Shown: positions 49,843 to 62,291 of the stretch, one piece after another
Layout of the letters: each line of letters opens with the position of its first letter
How positions within the stretch are numbered: the first letter of the stretch is position 1
Assembly: GCF_964194155.1 (NCBI RefSeq)
Contig: NC_135904.1
Coordinates: forward strand, 27,900,001-27,964,000
Source of the DNA: Cetorhinus maximus
Lineage: Eukaryota
Length of the DNA: 64,000 bases
Direction of reading: 5' to 3'
The notes under the pieces: model-generated
Told to the model about the DNA's origin: nothing
The model's database searches: none
The model's input: only the letters and a program-made list of their open reading frames with translations
Translations under genes and position numbers: made by a program

Positions 49843-50934
49843 AGTGTAAAACAGAATAGCAAGTCAACAGCCCATTTTACATCTCTTCCGAATTTAATTT
49901 CCCAATAAGAGTGTCTATTTGCCTCAGTCGAGGCCTGCAGGAGGGGAGGGGAGGAAAGCTGCAAGTGGATATTTCACCTAGCTTTACTGCTATGGTTAAC
50001 CATTGGTTCCACTGCAATTGCAACGGACAATGTGGCACAGGGGCCACCCAACAAGGTTTTCACACAGACATGGCTGCCATTGCATGGATAACTTGGCCTC
50101 CTTGAAGGTAACGTCTCCAAACTGTGGCCAGTATTCAGCAAGTTAACAGAAGCTGGGTTCTTCTTTGAGTCAGAACTCAGTTCAACTTCTTGATTCATAT
50201 TCTTTTCCGGAATAACTTTACTGTGAATAATCCAGTAGGGTGAGTTTTTATAATCCAGTTAGGATTAATTTTAGTTGTAAAATTAGAGCAAAATTAGAGA
50301 TCCCTCTTGGAGACTGATTGGCTGTTTGAGTTTGAACATTTAAGAGCTAACATTTTTCTGGCTCCTGAGTGATGAGGCATTGGAGGGAAGAGAGGGCTGG
50401 GCCATGTGAGATGTAAAACTTTTTAAAATCTTGAACCCATCCCTCGTCCCACCCATTTCCAGGTTTAGTGGATGTGGGAGAAGGGACAGGTGACCAACCC
50501 GCTCACAGGAGGTGGGATGTCCATTGAAATATTTTAATAAGGCTGGGAACATCACATTTTATCTGTCTTCCAGATATTATCCCTGACACTCAGGTAACCG
50601 GACAGATAAAGGGAGGCAAGAACACCTCCAGAGAAAAGGTAAGTGCCCTTCCAACTGCTGGTATGTCAAGAAGAGCAGATAGGATTTCCTCCACCTCTTA
50701 ACATGAACTCCTCTCCATGCTTGGAAAACCCCATCCCTGACAATATGGGGTCAGTGTCTCATGGATATATTCTAAACTGACTAAAGATTCCAAGCAGATA
50801 GAATAAATGTGTTGAAGGCAAGTCTCAACCATATATTAATAAGATCCAGGGTACATGATATATTATGGTCTGGTCCAACTTTGGTAAGGTTCAAAATAGT
50901 GGCTTTACTATCAAACAACGAAGACAATCTCGGG

Positions 50935-51125
50935 AAGTCCTGAAGCACTTCACAGCTAATTAAATACTTTTGAAACGTGGTCACTATTGTAATATGGGAA
51001 ACACGGCAGACAATTTGCACACAGCAAACTCCTCCAAAGATAAAGAAGATTAACGGCACAGATAACATTTTGGCGATGCAATTTGGGGGATGAATACTGA
51101 CCAGGACACCAAGAGAAGTGGAACT
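50935..51125 (-). mobile_element. Deu-domain SINE 3' half (reverse)
   Basis: cacttcacagctaat...gggaaacacggcagacaatttgcacacagcaa...gaccaggacacc. Confidence 0.7.
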
Positions 51126-51334
51126 TTTCTTACATGAACATTATATACTCCACGTGTCGCGTTGCTTCTGGTGGAAAATTCCAGAAATGAGGGTCAAACT
51201 GAGCGAGTCCTGAATAACTTCCTGTCAGTATCTGCTGCAGTTACACTAGGAAACTAACAAAATGAACAGCGGCCTGCCTGACTGCTTTTTATGACTGTGT
51301 CAATGAGCAAGATGAGGGAAAAGATGTAATCTGT

Positions 51335-51692
51335 AACTGGAGAGCAGGGTAGATGCTGAGGGGATTTTTGCCCTCATGAGGAAATCAAGACCTAGGGGCC
51401 ACAGTTTAAAAATAAGGGGCCTTCCATTTACGATGGAAATTAGGAGGAATTTCTTCTTTCAGAGGGTCATTAGTCTTTGAAATGCTCTTGCACAGAGAGT
51501 AGAGTAGGCTGGGTCATTGAATACATTCAAGTCTGAGTCAGACGGGTTTTTAATTAACAAGGGAACCAAGGGTTATGGGGGTCCAGGCAGGAAAGTGGAA
51601 TTAAGACCACAATCAGATCAGCCATGATCTCAAGGAATGGCGGACAAGGTTCAAAGGGTTGAATGGCCTACTCCTGCCCTGATTTCTTATGG
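51335..51692 (+). mobile_element. CR1 3' fragment
   Basis: ctaggggccacagtttaaaaataagggg...ttctttcagagggtc...gaatggcctactcctgc. Confidence 0.85.
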
Positions 51693-51861
51693 CCTCTTGG
51701 CTACTGCCACCCTAGATCCTAAGCGTGAGGGAGGTTGCCTATTTCTCTTCCTCTTGATTCTTTGATGTTCGTAAATGTCCAGTAAGCTCCTTAAAGGATC
51801 AAGGAATAACTTCTCAAATCTCCTCCATCTTGCTACTGTTGTGTCATGCCAGAGAGAAATA

Positions 51862-52931
51862 GAGCCGTAACTTCCTCGGAGTGGGAATCATGTCGGATTG
51901 CCACTCCGTGTCCGCTTACCATTGCCAAATTTCTTCCATGCCTGTCTCGCCCAACCTTACCGACTCAGACCGGGCGAGATCCAGGCAGCGCAGCTGTCTC
52001 CGAGGCCCAACGTCACAGTCCAGCGCCATTGAATTGAAGGGGACATGCCCTCTTTTTACAGCAGTAGCTGCCGTAAAGCAGGTCAGTTTAAAGGTCCGAT
52101 TGAAACTGAGAGGCCAGGGAGAAGGGCAGGTGATGACATCATCGCGGGTGCGATGTGGATAGGATTTGGTGGGGGGCAGGGTTGTTTGGGGGTTGGGTGA
52201 GGATGGGCATTGGGAGGGGGAGAGGGGGTCTAACATTCAGGGGACCATGGGGGGGTTTAGACATTGGAAGGGTGTTGGGGGGGGTGTGTCGGACATTTGA
52301 GGGGTAGGGGGCTTGGAGATTCAGGGGGTTTGGGGGGGTGTCAGACATTCAGGTGCGGGTGGTCGGAACTTCGGGGCGGTGGGGGGCCTGGATTGGGGTC
52401 GGACATTTGGGATGGTGGGATGGTTGGAATTTGGAATTTCAGGGCATGGAGGGGGCTGGGACATTGGGAGGGGGTGGGGGTCTAGTCGGACCTCTGGGGT
52501 CCGGTCATCTCAGGTGGTGAGAGTCGGGCCCGGGGGTGGTAGGGGGAGTGGGGGGAATCCCATGGAGGGGGCAGGTAGTGGGGAATACCGTGGGGACGTG
52601 GTTAGTCAGGGGTGGGTGTGTCTCCTGGCGGTTCGGGGCTGTTGGGGGAGTCCCCTGTGGGGTCGGTCTGGGTTTTTATAATTGTTACCCATAAGTTAGA
52701 AGAGGTCTTAATTCTTCTAGTTTTTTCTGGGTAACTATTGGTGCAACCCTGTCGGAACCATTTGAAATGTGTGATTTAAATCACATTTTCAGATGGTTCC
52801 CAGCTCAGCGCAATTGCCTAGACAAAGTGTGCACTTCTGGACAATTGTGCAAATGCTGACCTGTGAAGTTCTGAGAGGGTTTCCCCAGCACATATTCAAT
52901 CCAACACTGGGGAGCTCAGAAGTTACAGCCC
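51862..52931. mobile_element. ~1.07-kb non-autonomous DNA element with G-rich core
   Basis: TIR-like ends gagccgtaacttc / gaagttacagccc; internal degenerate ggggggtcggacatt-like repeats at ~52160-52660. Confidence 0.6.
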
Positions 52932-53014
52932 ATTATCTTAAGATGTTGTAAGTTAAAAGAGTAGATACAGCGATAGACATGTGCCCTGTATTCACTTCAT
53001 CCCGTGCTTCAGTT

Positions 53015-53748
53015 AGAACATAAGAACAGTGTAGTTATTCAGCCCCTTAAGCCTGCTTTGCCCTTCAATAAGATCACGGGTGTTGTGATTGTAACCTTAA
53101 CTCCACTTTCCTGCCTGCCCCACATAACCCTTGACTCTCTTGTAGATCAATAATCTGTCTAAAGCAGCCTTGAACATGATCCAGCCTGCAGTACTCTCTG
53201 AGATAGAGGATTGTAAAGATTCACTGCCCTCTCTCAGAAGGAATTTCTCCTCCCTTCCTTCTTAACTGGAGGGCCCCTTATTTTGAAACTGTGGCCCCTA
53301 ATTCTAGATTCCCCCACGAGGAGAAAAATCCTCTCAGCATCCACCTTCTCAAGCCCTCTCAGAATCTTATATGTTTCAATAAGATCAGCTCACATTCTTC
53401 TAAACTGCAATGAGCAGACACAACCTGCTCAATTTTTCCTCATAAGACAAAAATCTTCATCCCAGGAATTAGCCTAGTGAACCTTCTCTGAACTGCCTCC
53501 AATACAAGTATATCGCTCTTGGGCATAAGGCAAGAACTGTACACAGTGCTCTAGGTACAGTCTCACCAATGCCCTGTACAGCTGGAGCAAGGCATTCTTA
53601 CATTTATACTCCATCTCGCTTGCAATAAAAGCCAAGAGAATTCCAAAGATTAATGACCCTCTGAGAGAAGAAATTTCTCCTCATCTCGGTCTTAAATGAG
53701 AGACCCCTTATTCTGAAACTGCGCCCCCAGTTCTAGGTTCCCCCTAGT
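53015..53748 (-). mobile_element. CR1 3' fragments (two overlapping pieces)
   Basis: agaacataagaac tail; ccccttattttgaaactgtggcccctaattctag recurs at ~53275 and ~53705. Confidence 0.85.
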
Positions 53749-54232
53749 TATGGGCAGGTATAATAAACAATGAAAGAGGCTGTAAGATTTCTTAAACGTT
53801 TGGCACGAGGCCAGCAGATTCAGGCACCAATGCACAACACGCAAATTTATGCCAGCTGCAGGGTATAGTCGTACTATGGCAGTACTTGCCAAATGTGTCA
53901 CTTTCTTCCACATTTTTTCCCAGGAATTGCATATAGTGATGGCCCTGGCATGCAGTACTGCAGTGTGTGCCGCACTGTTTTCCCAACAGGCCAACCTTCC
54001 CCATACTTACCTCTACTGTTCTCACACTACCTTCACTAAACTACTTACCCAAAAACTCTGCTTTGCTTCCACATTTGTTTTGGCCTCTACCAAAATGTTG
54101 AGGCCTTTGGCAAGACTGCCAAAACTTTAGGCCCCACGTCCCTGTAAGTGACTGCATCATTTTACATTCCATTAAGGGCCAATAGCGCTTCAGATAATCA
54201 GCATCCCCTCCATTTATGGGGCTCCAAACTCA

Positions 54233-54832
54233 TGGGCAGAATGTTACGCCCGACCTGATTGGGCGTAAAATCGTGCAAGATGAAGTCGTCATGCACTAGC
54301 GCGATATTTCGCTCAGCAGGCATGCGCAAAAGTCAGGAGTGCGCCCGGCGACAATTGAGTGGGCAATTAAAGCCCATTAACAGCGCAATTGTCTGCGATT
54401 TCTCATGGCCCGTCCAACCTTACGGTTGGCGGACGGGCTAATAGGCCAGGCGGCCTTTACATTTTTCATCAAACCTCATCCAAGGGGCGGGATAAAACCT
54501 CCGTTATGCAACAAAATAAAAATACCTGTGGGCAGCATTGTTATGAGGTAAGCTTTCAGGTACTTGATCGTGATGCGTGGACATTTTTGTTCAGCTTTTT
54601 ACGCCTTTATTTAAATTATTTGCAGGTCTGCAGCTCCGAGGCAGTTGTCTGCCTTCCGGGAGCTCTTTCACAGCGCTCACTTGCACCCGCAATGATGTCA
54701 TCACCTGCCCTCTTCCCGCCCTCACCCAGCAGCGCTGAGCTTTTCAGTGTGCATTTCACGCTGGTTGGCCGTTAATTGGCCAGCCACCATTTCCCGGTGC
54801 TCCCGGGCCTGCCAAGGGTAAAATTCAGGCCA
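54233..54832. mobile_element. Harbinger-type MITE (family of 41354-42019)
   Basis: gggcagaatgttac / gtaaaattcaggcc termini and shared internal sequence. Confidence 0.78.
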
Positions 54833-54834
54833 AT

Positions 54835-55197
54835 GTTTTTTTTAATTCGTTCAGGGGATGTGGCGTGTCGCTGACTAGGCCAGCATTTATTGCCTATTCC
54901 TAATTCCCCTGTTCAGAGGGCATTTAAGAGTCAACCGCATTGCTGTGGGTCTGGAGTCACATGTAGGCCAGACCAGGTGAGGACAGCAGATTTCCCTTCC
55001 CTAAAGGACATTAGTGACCCAGATGGTGGGATTTTATGAAAATCGGCAATCGTTTCATGGTCATCATGAGACTTAATTCCAGATATTTATGGAATTCAAA
55101 TTCCACCACCTGCCATGGTGGGAATCGAACCCGGATCTCCAGAGCATTGTCCTGGGTCGCTGGATTACCAGTCCAGTGACAATATCACTATGCCTCC
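54835..55197 (-). mobile_element. Full-length SINE family B (reverse)
   Basis: Reverse tRNA head (gggaatcgaacccgg; ccagtgacaatatcactatgcctcc), central domain and LINE-B tail. Confidence 0.88.
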
Positions 55198-55539
55198 CCT
55201 AAAATGCAGGTCAAGAGTTAGCCTTGGGTATCATTTGAGGGTCCATCTCAGAAGACTGACAGTCACCAGTTTCTAATTTCCTTGAATAATTGGTCTTTAA
55301 TATTGAGGTTACTTCAGGTAGCCCACTGGTACATGGTGGTAAAATGGCCTGCCTCGTCACTGAGTGGCACACTGCCATTGTCCCAGTGCAACTCCTTACT
55401 GCTAATCTCTGCACTTAACTCGGTTACTGGTAGGAACTGGGCAGCTAGGGCAGAACAGAATCCCAGAAAGGACAGAGGCATCAGAAGGCAAAGCATCCCA
55501 TGCCACCTTCAGGAATCACCTTGGCAATTGGTTCAATAT

Positions 55540-56208
55540 CAATGTTGGTAACAAGAAGGCACACCTTAGAGTCAGGTCATTCAAGGGTGATGTCGGGAAG
55601 TACTTCTTCACACAAAGGGTGGTGGAAATCTGGAACACTCTTCCCTAAAAAAAAGCTGCTAACTGGGGGTCATTTTTTAAAAAATTATTCATGGGATGTG
55701 GGCATCACTGGCCAGGCCAGCATTTATTGCCCATCCCTAGTTGCCCTTGAGAAGGTGGTGGTGAGCTGCCTTCTTGAACCACTGCAGTCCATGTGGTGTA
55801 GGTACACCCACCTGTTAGGGAGGGAGTTCCAGGATTTTGACTCAGCGACAGTGAAGGAACGGCGATATATTTCCAAGTCAGGATGGTGTGTGACTTGGAG
55901 GGGAACTTCCAGGTGGTGGTGTTCCTATGCACCTGCTGCCCTTGTCCTTCTAGATGGTAGCAGTTGTGGGTTTGGAAGGTGCTATCTAAGGAACCTTGGG
56001 TGAGTTTCTCCAGTGCATCTTATAGATGGTACAATTGAAAATTGAATATTTCAAAACCGTTATTGATAGCTTTTTGTTAAGCAAGGGTTTTAAGGGTTAG
56101 GGAAACAAGGCGGGTGGATGGAGCTTAGATACAGAACAGCCATGATCGAACTCAATAGCACAGCAGACTCGAGGGGTTGAATGACCCACTCCGGTACTTA
56201 CGTTCCTA
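55540..56208 (+). mobile_element. CR1 3' end interrupted by a reverse LINE-B fragment (55675-56030)
   Basis: acaagaaggcacacc...ttcttcacacaaagggtggtggaaatctggaac, resuming at aattgaatatttcaaaacc...; the insert matches the LINE-B 3' end in reverse. Confidence 0.85.
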
Positions 56209-56844
56209 ACAGGAAGCAGGTTACCAGCTTGCTTATCAATTGGGGAATAGTTTGAGGAATAGAGAGGCACCTGAAGGAAGGTGGAAATAACTTTTAAATT
56301 GGGGCTAACAACATTATTACAATCATTAAAAGTTTGAAGGAAGATTCATGACAACTTGGCTTCGAAATTGTTACTCAAGGGGGGGAAAGGGATGTTGATA
56401 TTTGAGCTAATTACAGGAAGATAGTTTATTTTGACTTTGTGAATTCTTAGAACTTCCTTTTCCAATTATTAATGTTACAGCCAACTGCTTTAGAAACTCT
56501 CATCCGATGAATATCGTTAACATTCGAGCTGACAAGAGTTTGGCACATTTCCAAAAAAATATATAATTGAACACTTTACTAGAGTCAAAATTGTCCACAG
56601 CATTGCATTTGAATACTGGGCCAATAAATGTAGTCAACTGTGGCACTTCACAGCTCCACATCATTTCCACCGAATCCAAACTAATCAAATAGCAGCTTCC
56701 CAAAAGCATCCCGTCCATGATTTTGCGGAGGTGTTGAGTTTAATAATTGCACAAAGATACATAATTGGCATTCTCTCAAAAGGTTGCAACTAATGCTGCC
56801 AAACAACAGTCTACCTGTCACTTTCCTCAATTTGAAAATCGAGC

Positions 56845-57245
56845 CTCGCTTGGCTCGGTTTTTAGCACTCTTGGCCCTCGAGTCAGAGGATGTGGGTTCT
56901 AGCTCCACTCGAGACTTGAGCACAAAATCCAGGCTGGTACTCCAGTGCCGTGCTGAAGAAGTGCTGCAGTGTCAGAGGTGCCACTAAATTGATGCTTCAT
57001 ATCTGCCCTCTCAGATGGAAGTAACATGTACCATGGTATTAGGGAGAGCAGGGGAGCTCACCCAGTATCCTGGCCTATATTGATCACTCAACCAACATAA
57101 AAAAATGATTATCTGGTCATTTTCACATTGCTACTTGAGGGAGCTTGCTGTGTGCAAATTGGCTGCCGTGTTTCCCACATTGTAACAGTGATTACACTTC
57201 AAAAGTACATAATTAGCTGTAAAGTGTGATATAAATGCTTTCTTC
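56845..57245 (+). mobile_element. Deu-domain SINE
   Basis: tRNA head (tggctcgg..., gggttctagctcc), ggctggtactccagtgc, ggggagctcacccagtatcctggcc, gggagcttgctgtgtgcaaattggctgcc. Confidence 0.82.
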
Positions 57246-59609
57246 TTACTTTGCAAATAGATTACTCCAACAATATCCAAACATTATCTAAAAACTGGAT
57301 AATCAAGATAAAATATGGCAGCAATTCAGACGGTTAGCCTGTACACTTATGGCAGATGCCACAGCAGATTCACAAAGCCAAAGACAAGTGGGTAAATTTT
57401 AAACCATCAAGCAGGCGAGCGTGCTGGGTCACCGAGAGGCCCTGGACAAATTGCAGGCCAGGCCTCATTACTGTGCTGCCATTGGCTGACAAAATGGCAG
57501 GCCCCTCCGGTTCACCATTTCGAGGCGGCACAGCCTGGAGTCAAGCAGCCTGGAGATCAAACCAGCCAGAGGTGAAAGAAAGGTGGGTGTGTTCCAAGTC
57601 GAGAGGAGCCCAAGAGTATTCTTCCGAAGCCTGGAGGACTCTGCTGCGCCTCATGTCCCAATGGAAATGATTTTGCGATGACCAGACTTGTTCCTCTTTG
57701 GCTGGATCACCAGTTAAAACGTATGCAGCCTCGTTGCTTCTCAAAACGGCGAAGGGGGGTATAATGTACCACATCAGGCCCCGGCGACCATATTAAAAGG
57801 GCCCAGCACCAACAGAACCAAGTGGACAGTCTGGCCGCCCTTTTAGGCTGGTGTCAGCTGGGACAAGATGGAGAATGGGGCAATAAGTGTTTCTGGGTGG
57901 TTTGCGGGATGCTGTCACCCTGATTGCCAGTAGCAATCAGCCACTCGGTCGTTAAGGAAATGGAGATTTTCAGCATAACTTCCAATAATTCCCAGAGGTA
58001 CCGAGGAATCCCCTTCCATTATGTTTCACTCAAAAACCACCAGAACATCAGGATTACAAAAGAGAGAGGAAACCCTGTGCATTTTCTTCATGAAGCAGCA
58101 GCCCTAAATGTGTACATTAGGTAAGAGATCATAGTATCGGAGATTGTTAACGAAGAGATTTATTATATTAAGGTATTGCAACTGAAGCTTAAAGGCTGCT
58201 GTACCGTATCTGAAGCTATTACCTGACAGAACACTGACCCCCTTGAAGACTATACGTTGCAATAATATCACCTACCAGAAAGGCAATTACACTTCTCTGG
58301 GCAGACTGCCATTCAAAGCAGCTCTGGATGTACTGGAGTGTATTCCATATCACCATTGTGAGATTTCGAACACGCCGAACGTTCCTCGTTAATGTCTGTG
58401 AACATCAAACAAACGGAATGAGGATAGTGGATCAATGATTGTTGCAGTCTAACTGCAGTGGGTCAATTTGTGTTTGCTTCCCCCGCACTAATGATTCAGC
58501 AGGAAGGGGTCTGGTTCCGTAGCAGGCACCACTGAACGGTCAGACAGGAACAAAGATTCTGCTGTGCTTTCCTCTCCCCTCTCCTTCTAGCCCCTCCACC
58601 CTTTCAATTTTTGGTTGAGACGTTAAACCAAAGCCCCCTCTGTCCTCTCCAGTGGATGCAAAAGACCCCATGCCAGTATTTCAAAGAGTAGTAGATTTTT
58701 CCCAATGTCCTGGCCAATATTTATCCCTTAACCAAGGTGCTATACGAAAGTAAGTTCTCTCTTTTCTTTAATCAATGCCATGAAACTGGGGTCAGGTGGC
58801 AGTCTGGCCAACGAGCTCCTTCCTCCACACACCTCCTCAATACAATGCATATTTTGACACCATCTGTTAGTGTTGTCAATGTTAGCACAGAAACAGATGC
58901 TTCATTTGACTACAAAATGCAGGACGATCTCCATCTCTTGTGTCAAGGCTTCAATGTTTTCTGTCTAGCCACAATAATATGCCTTCCTTTACCTGCATTA
59001 ACATTTATCTTACCCCTTGAGGGAGAAGTTACAAAAAGACCCGTTTCAAAGAATCCAACTCAAGTTCGTAATAAGGAGATAGGCCAGTCATAGCTCAAAA
59101 TGAATAAGTGAAAGGGACATTTTCTTCAAAGTGTGACAGAACTTTCCTTTTGTTAGTTTCCACACACCCCAAATACAAGCATGGAGAAGGGATGACAGTT
59201 GCTGAGGCAAGCCTAGGATGTCCAAATGGAATTTATATGACTTTTCTTGAAATACCAGAAAGAGAAATATTACATTTTCGCACTATTTTGTGGAACCAAA
59301 TGACTTTACAATGCAAAATGTCTACGTGGCAAAGTAGAGGAAAATCAACCCCAGTGTCACTAACCCTAAACCTAGCGTCTCTAGAATTTTCATTAGCTTA
59401 TCTAATCGCAGAACTACGAAAGCTGAAAATTCTCATGATGGAGTACTCTATCTGTCTGAGTATGAGAATTGAAAAGTGACCCTTTAACACAAGGAAGTAC
59501 AGTATCAGTGTAGCATTAAGCAACTGGTTAGATTCACACTGCAGTGGTTAATAGTTCTGTCAAATGGAGCCATAAAAAGAGGAAAAAGAAGCAGCTAATT
59601 TTTAATCCA

Positions 59610-60605
59610 CCACCCAGTCCGTAGCCTTGCAGGTTCCAGCTCTCTAGGTGCCGATCCAGGTGCCTTTTAAATGAGTTGAGCATTTCGGCCTCAACCACCA
59701 ACTTAGGCAGTGAATTCCAGACATCTACCGCCCTTTGTTTTTCCTCATGTCCCCTCTAATCACCTGAAATCCATGCCCCCTGGTAACTGACCCCTCAGCT
59801 AGGGGAAACACGTCTTTCCTGTCTACCCTACTGAGGCCCCTTATAATTTTGTACACCTCAATTAGGTCACCCCTCAGCCTCCTCTGTTCTAAGGAAAACA
59901 ACCCTAGCCTATCCAACCTGTCCTCATTGCTGCAATTTTCAAGCCTTGGTAACATTCGGGTAAGTCTCCTCTGTACTCTCTCCGGAGCAATTATGTCCTT
60001 CCTGTAATGTGGTGACCAGAACTGTACATAAAATTCCAGTTGTGGCCTATTAACCAGCGTTTTGTACAGTTCCATCGTTACATCCCTGCTTTTGTATTCA
60101 ATACCTCGCCCAATAAAGGAAAGCATTCCATGTGCTTTCTTTACCGCCTTATCCACCTGTCCTGTCACCTTCAGGGACCTGTGGACATGCACTCCAAGGT
60201 CTCTCACTTCCTCAACCCCTCTCAACATCCTCCCATTTATTGAGTAATATCTTACTTTGTTTGCCCTTCCCAAATGCATTACCTCACACTTCTCTGGATT
60301 GAATTCCATTTGCCACTTTTCCGCTCACTCAACCAGACCATTGATATCATTCTGGAGTCGACAGCTATCCTCTTCATTATCAACTGCACGGCCAATTTTT
60401 GTGTCATCTGCACATTTCCCAATCATGCCTCCCACATTTCAGTCCAAATCATTAATATAAACGACAAACAGCAAAGGCCCCAACACTGAGCCCTGCAGAA
60501 CACCATTAGAAACCACTTTCCACTCGCAAAAACATGAGTGTTTCCTGTCACTGAGCCAATTTTGGATCCAACTCATCACCTTCCCCTCTATCCAATGGGA
60601 TCTCA
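59610..60605 (-). mobile_element. CR1 LINE ORF2 3' part
   Basis: 194-aa ORF MEFNPEKCEVMHLGR...DLGVHV...RPQLEF.VQFWSPHYRKD...LEQRRLRGDLIEVYKI. Confidence 0.93.
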
Positions 60606-60607
60606 CT

Positions 60608-61120
60608 CCAGAGTTCCAGTGAGACCCAACGCACGCTTGAGGAGGAGCACCTTATCTTTCAACTTGGCACTCTGCGGCCTTCTGTACTCAACATGGAGCT
60701 CAACAACTTTAGATCAACAACCTCTGCCTCAATCTTGTCCTGTGTGTTTTTTCCTCTTAGTTTTTTTGCTTTGCTAAGTTGGTCTTGTCTGATTTCTTTC
60801 TTTATTCCTTCATGTTACATTCGTATGGTTTTTATGTAGGCGTCCACGCTTCATTTAGAAATTTTGTTCCTTTACTATACCCATTACTACTCTCTTTGGC
60901 TATTGCAACATCTCCCCTGGCCTCCACCTTCTCTTCCGTTCTTCCTGCCCACTCCCACTTCCACTAGTTTAAAAACTTTTACGTTTCTACCTTTCTTCAG
61001 TTCCGATGAAAGGTCATCGACCTGAAATGTAACTCTGTTTCTCTCCAGGGATGTTGCCTGACCTGCTGGGTTTTTCCAGCATTTTTTGTTCTTATTTCAG
61101 ACTTCCAACATTCACAGTAT
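60608..61120 (+). mobile_element. Penelope-like element 3' end (GIY-YIG C-terminus, pyrimidine-rich UTR, HHR terminus)
   Basis: QRTLEEEHLIFQLGTLRPSVLNMELNNFR; terminus agtt-CCGATGA-A-AGGTC atc GACCT-GAAA-TGT-aact (60999-61034), followed by the same tail as 39090-39180. Confidence 0.85.
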
Positions 61121-61439
61121 TCTCCAAGAGAAGCTATTTAACAGAGGTTTATGAGGCTGCGGAAAGCAGAGTGAGTGATCGAAGCAGGGACCATGGAGTG
61201 GGTGGGGGGTGCAATGAACTTCAGCTTCACTACCTAGACAGTAACCTGGTTGACTGAGTCCCTTCCCCTTGCATCCTGTTTGTGTGTCATAATCTCAAGT
61301 CATTCTATGTGGAAAAATAACAATCAAGAAGTTTCCCAAATAAAACAAAAGGTATTAAAAAGACCTCACAAATGTGCAGAACGTGGGAGAGCTAATCATT
61401 CACTATATTAAGAGCTTGCAACATGACCTGAAATTTGGT

Positions 61440-61890
61440 GTAAAGGGGTACAGTGAGACCTGGGGGTGCGTATACACAAATCTCTGAGAGTTGTTAAAAA
61501 AGCTTTCGGGATCTTTGGTTTTACACAAAGTATGGCAGAGTGCAAAAGCAAAGGGGCTTCCTAAAACACTGTTTTGGCCCCGGCTGGAGTATTGAATCCA
61601 ATTCTAAGCACCGCACTTTAGGAAAAATTTCAAAGGCTTAGTGAGGGTGCAGATGAGAATGACTTGACTGATAACAAGGTTGAGGGACTTCAGTGGAAGT
61701 GACAGCAGGAACTGAGGTTGTTGTCCCCGGAGTAGAGTAAAGTTGAAACAAGATTTACTAGAGTTGTTCAAAATCATGACGGGTTTTGACAGAGTAAATA
61801 AGGAGAATCCATTCCCACTGCCAGAAATGTTGATAACCAGAGACACAGATTTAAAGTACTTGGCAAAAGAACCGGAGGCGATGTGAGTTC
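61440..61890 (+). mobile_element. Old CR1 fragment
   Basis: gagacctgggggtgcgtatacacaaatc...ggctggagtattg...aaaatcatgacgggttttgacagagtaaat...aaccagagacacagatttaa. Confidence 0.8.
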
Positions 61891-61953
61891 AAAGAATAAT
61901 TGAGAAGTCATAAATTTACAAATTACAGCTGTTATTGTAAAACATTTAAATAC

Positions 61954-62028
61954 CTTTTTTGAAAACTTGGTATTTTCTTCTTGGTTCCTTGGTTCTTTGG
62001 GTGTAAATGTTTGGAGACTCGCTTTAAT
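61954..62028 (-). CDS. Candidate 75-nt symmetric exon (IKASLQTFTPKEPRNQEENTKFSKK or LKRVSKHLHPKNQGTKKKIPSFQK)
   Basis: ctcttttttttaaaactttctcag acceptor and AAG|gtattt donor; multiple of 3; two frames open. Confidence 0.4.
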
Positions 62029-62291
62029 CTGAGAAAGTTTTAAAAAAAAGAGCATTTTCAGAAAACTTTGTACCACGAGTTGGGAACAAGACAAAACAAA
62101 CCTGGCGAAAATTCACCAACCTTGTGTTCCTAATGGAAGCCATACTGATAGTGTGGGTTCAAGCTGGGCTACAACACTGCAGGACTAATTCTCTAATAAT
62201 AATGCTACTTTTTTCAAGAAACACATTCACAGCCAAAGGTTGAATTGCAGTGCGACTTACATCGAAAAGAAGCTATGCTCCCTTTGAACAA

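Noticed and set aside
56500-56718. 72-aa minus-strand ORF
   Set aside because: No homology recognised and no supporting splice sites
58737-59479. 118- and 123-aa plus-strand ORFs
   Set aside because: No recognisable domain or splice context; the first starts in a SINE tail
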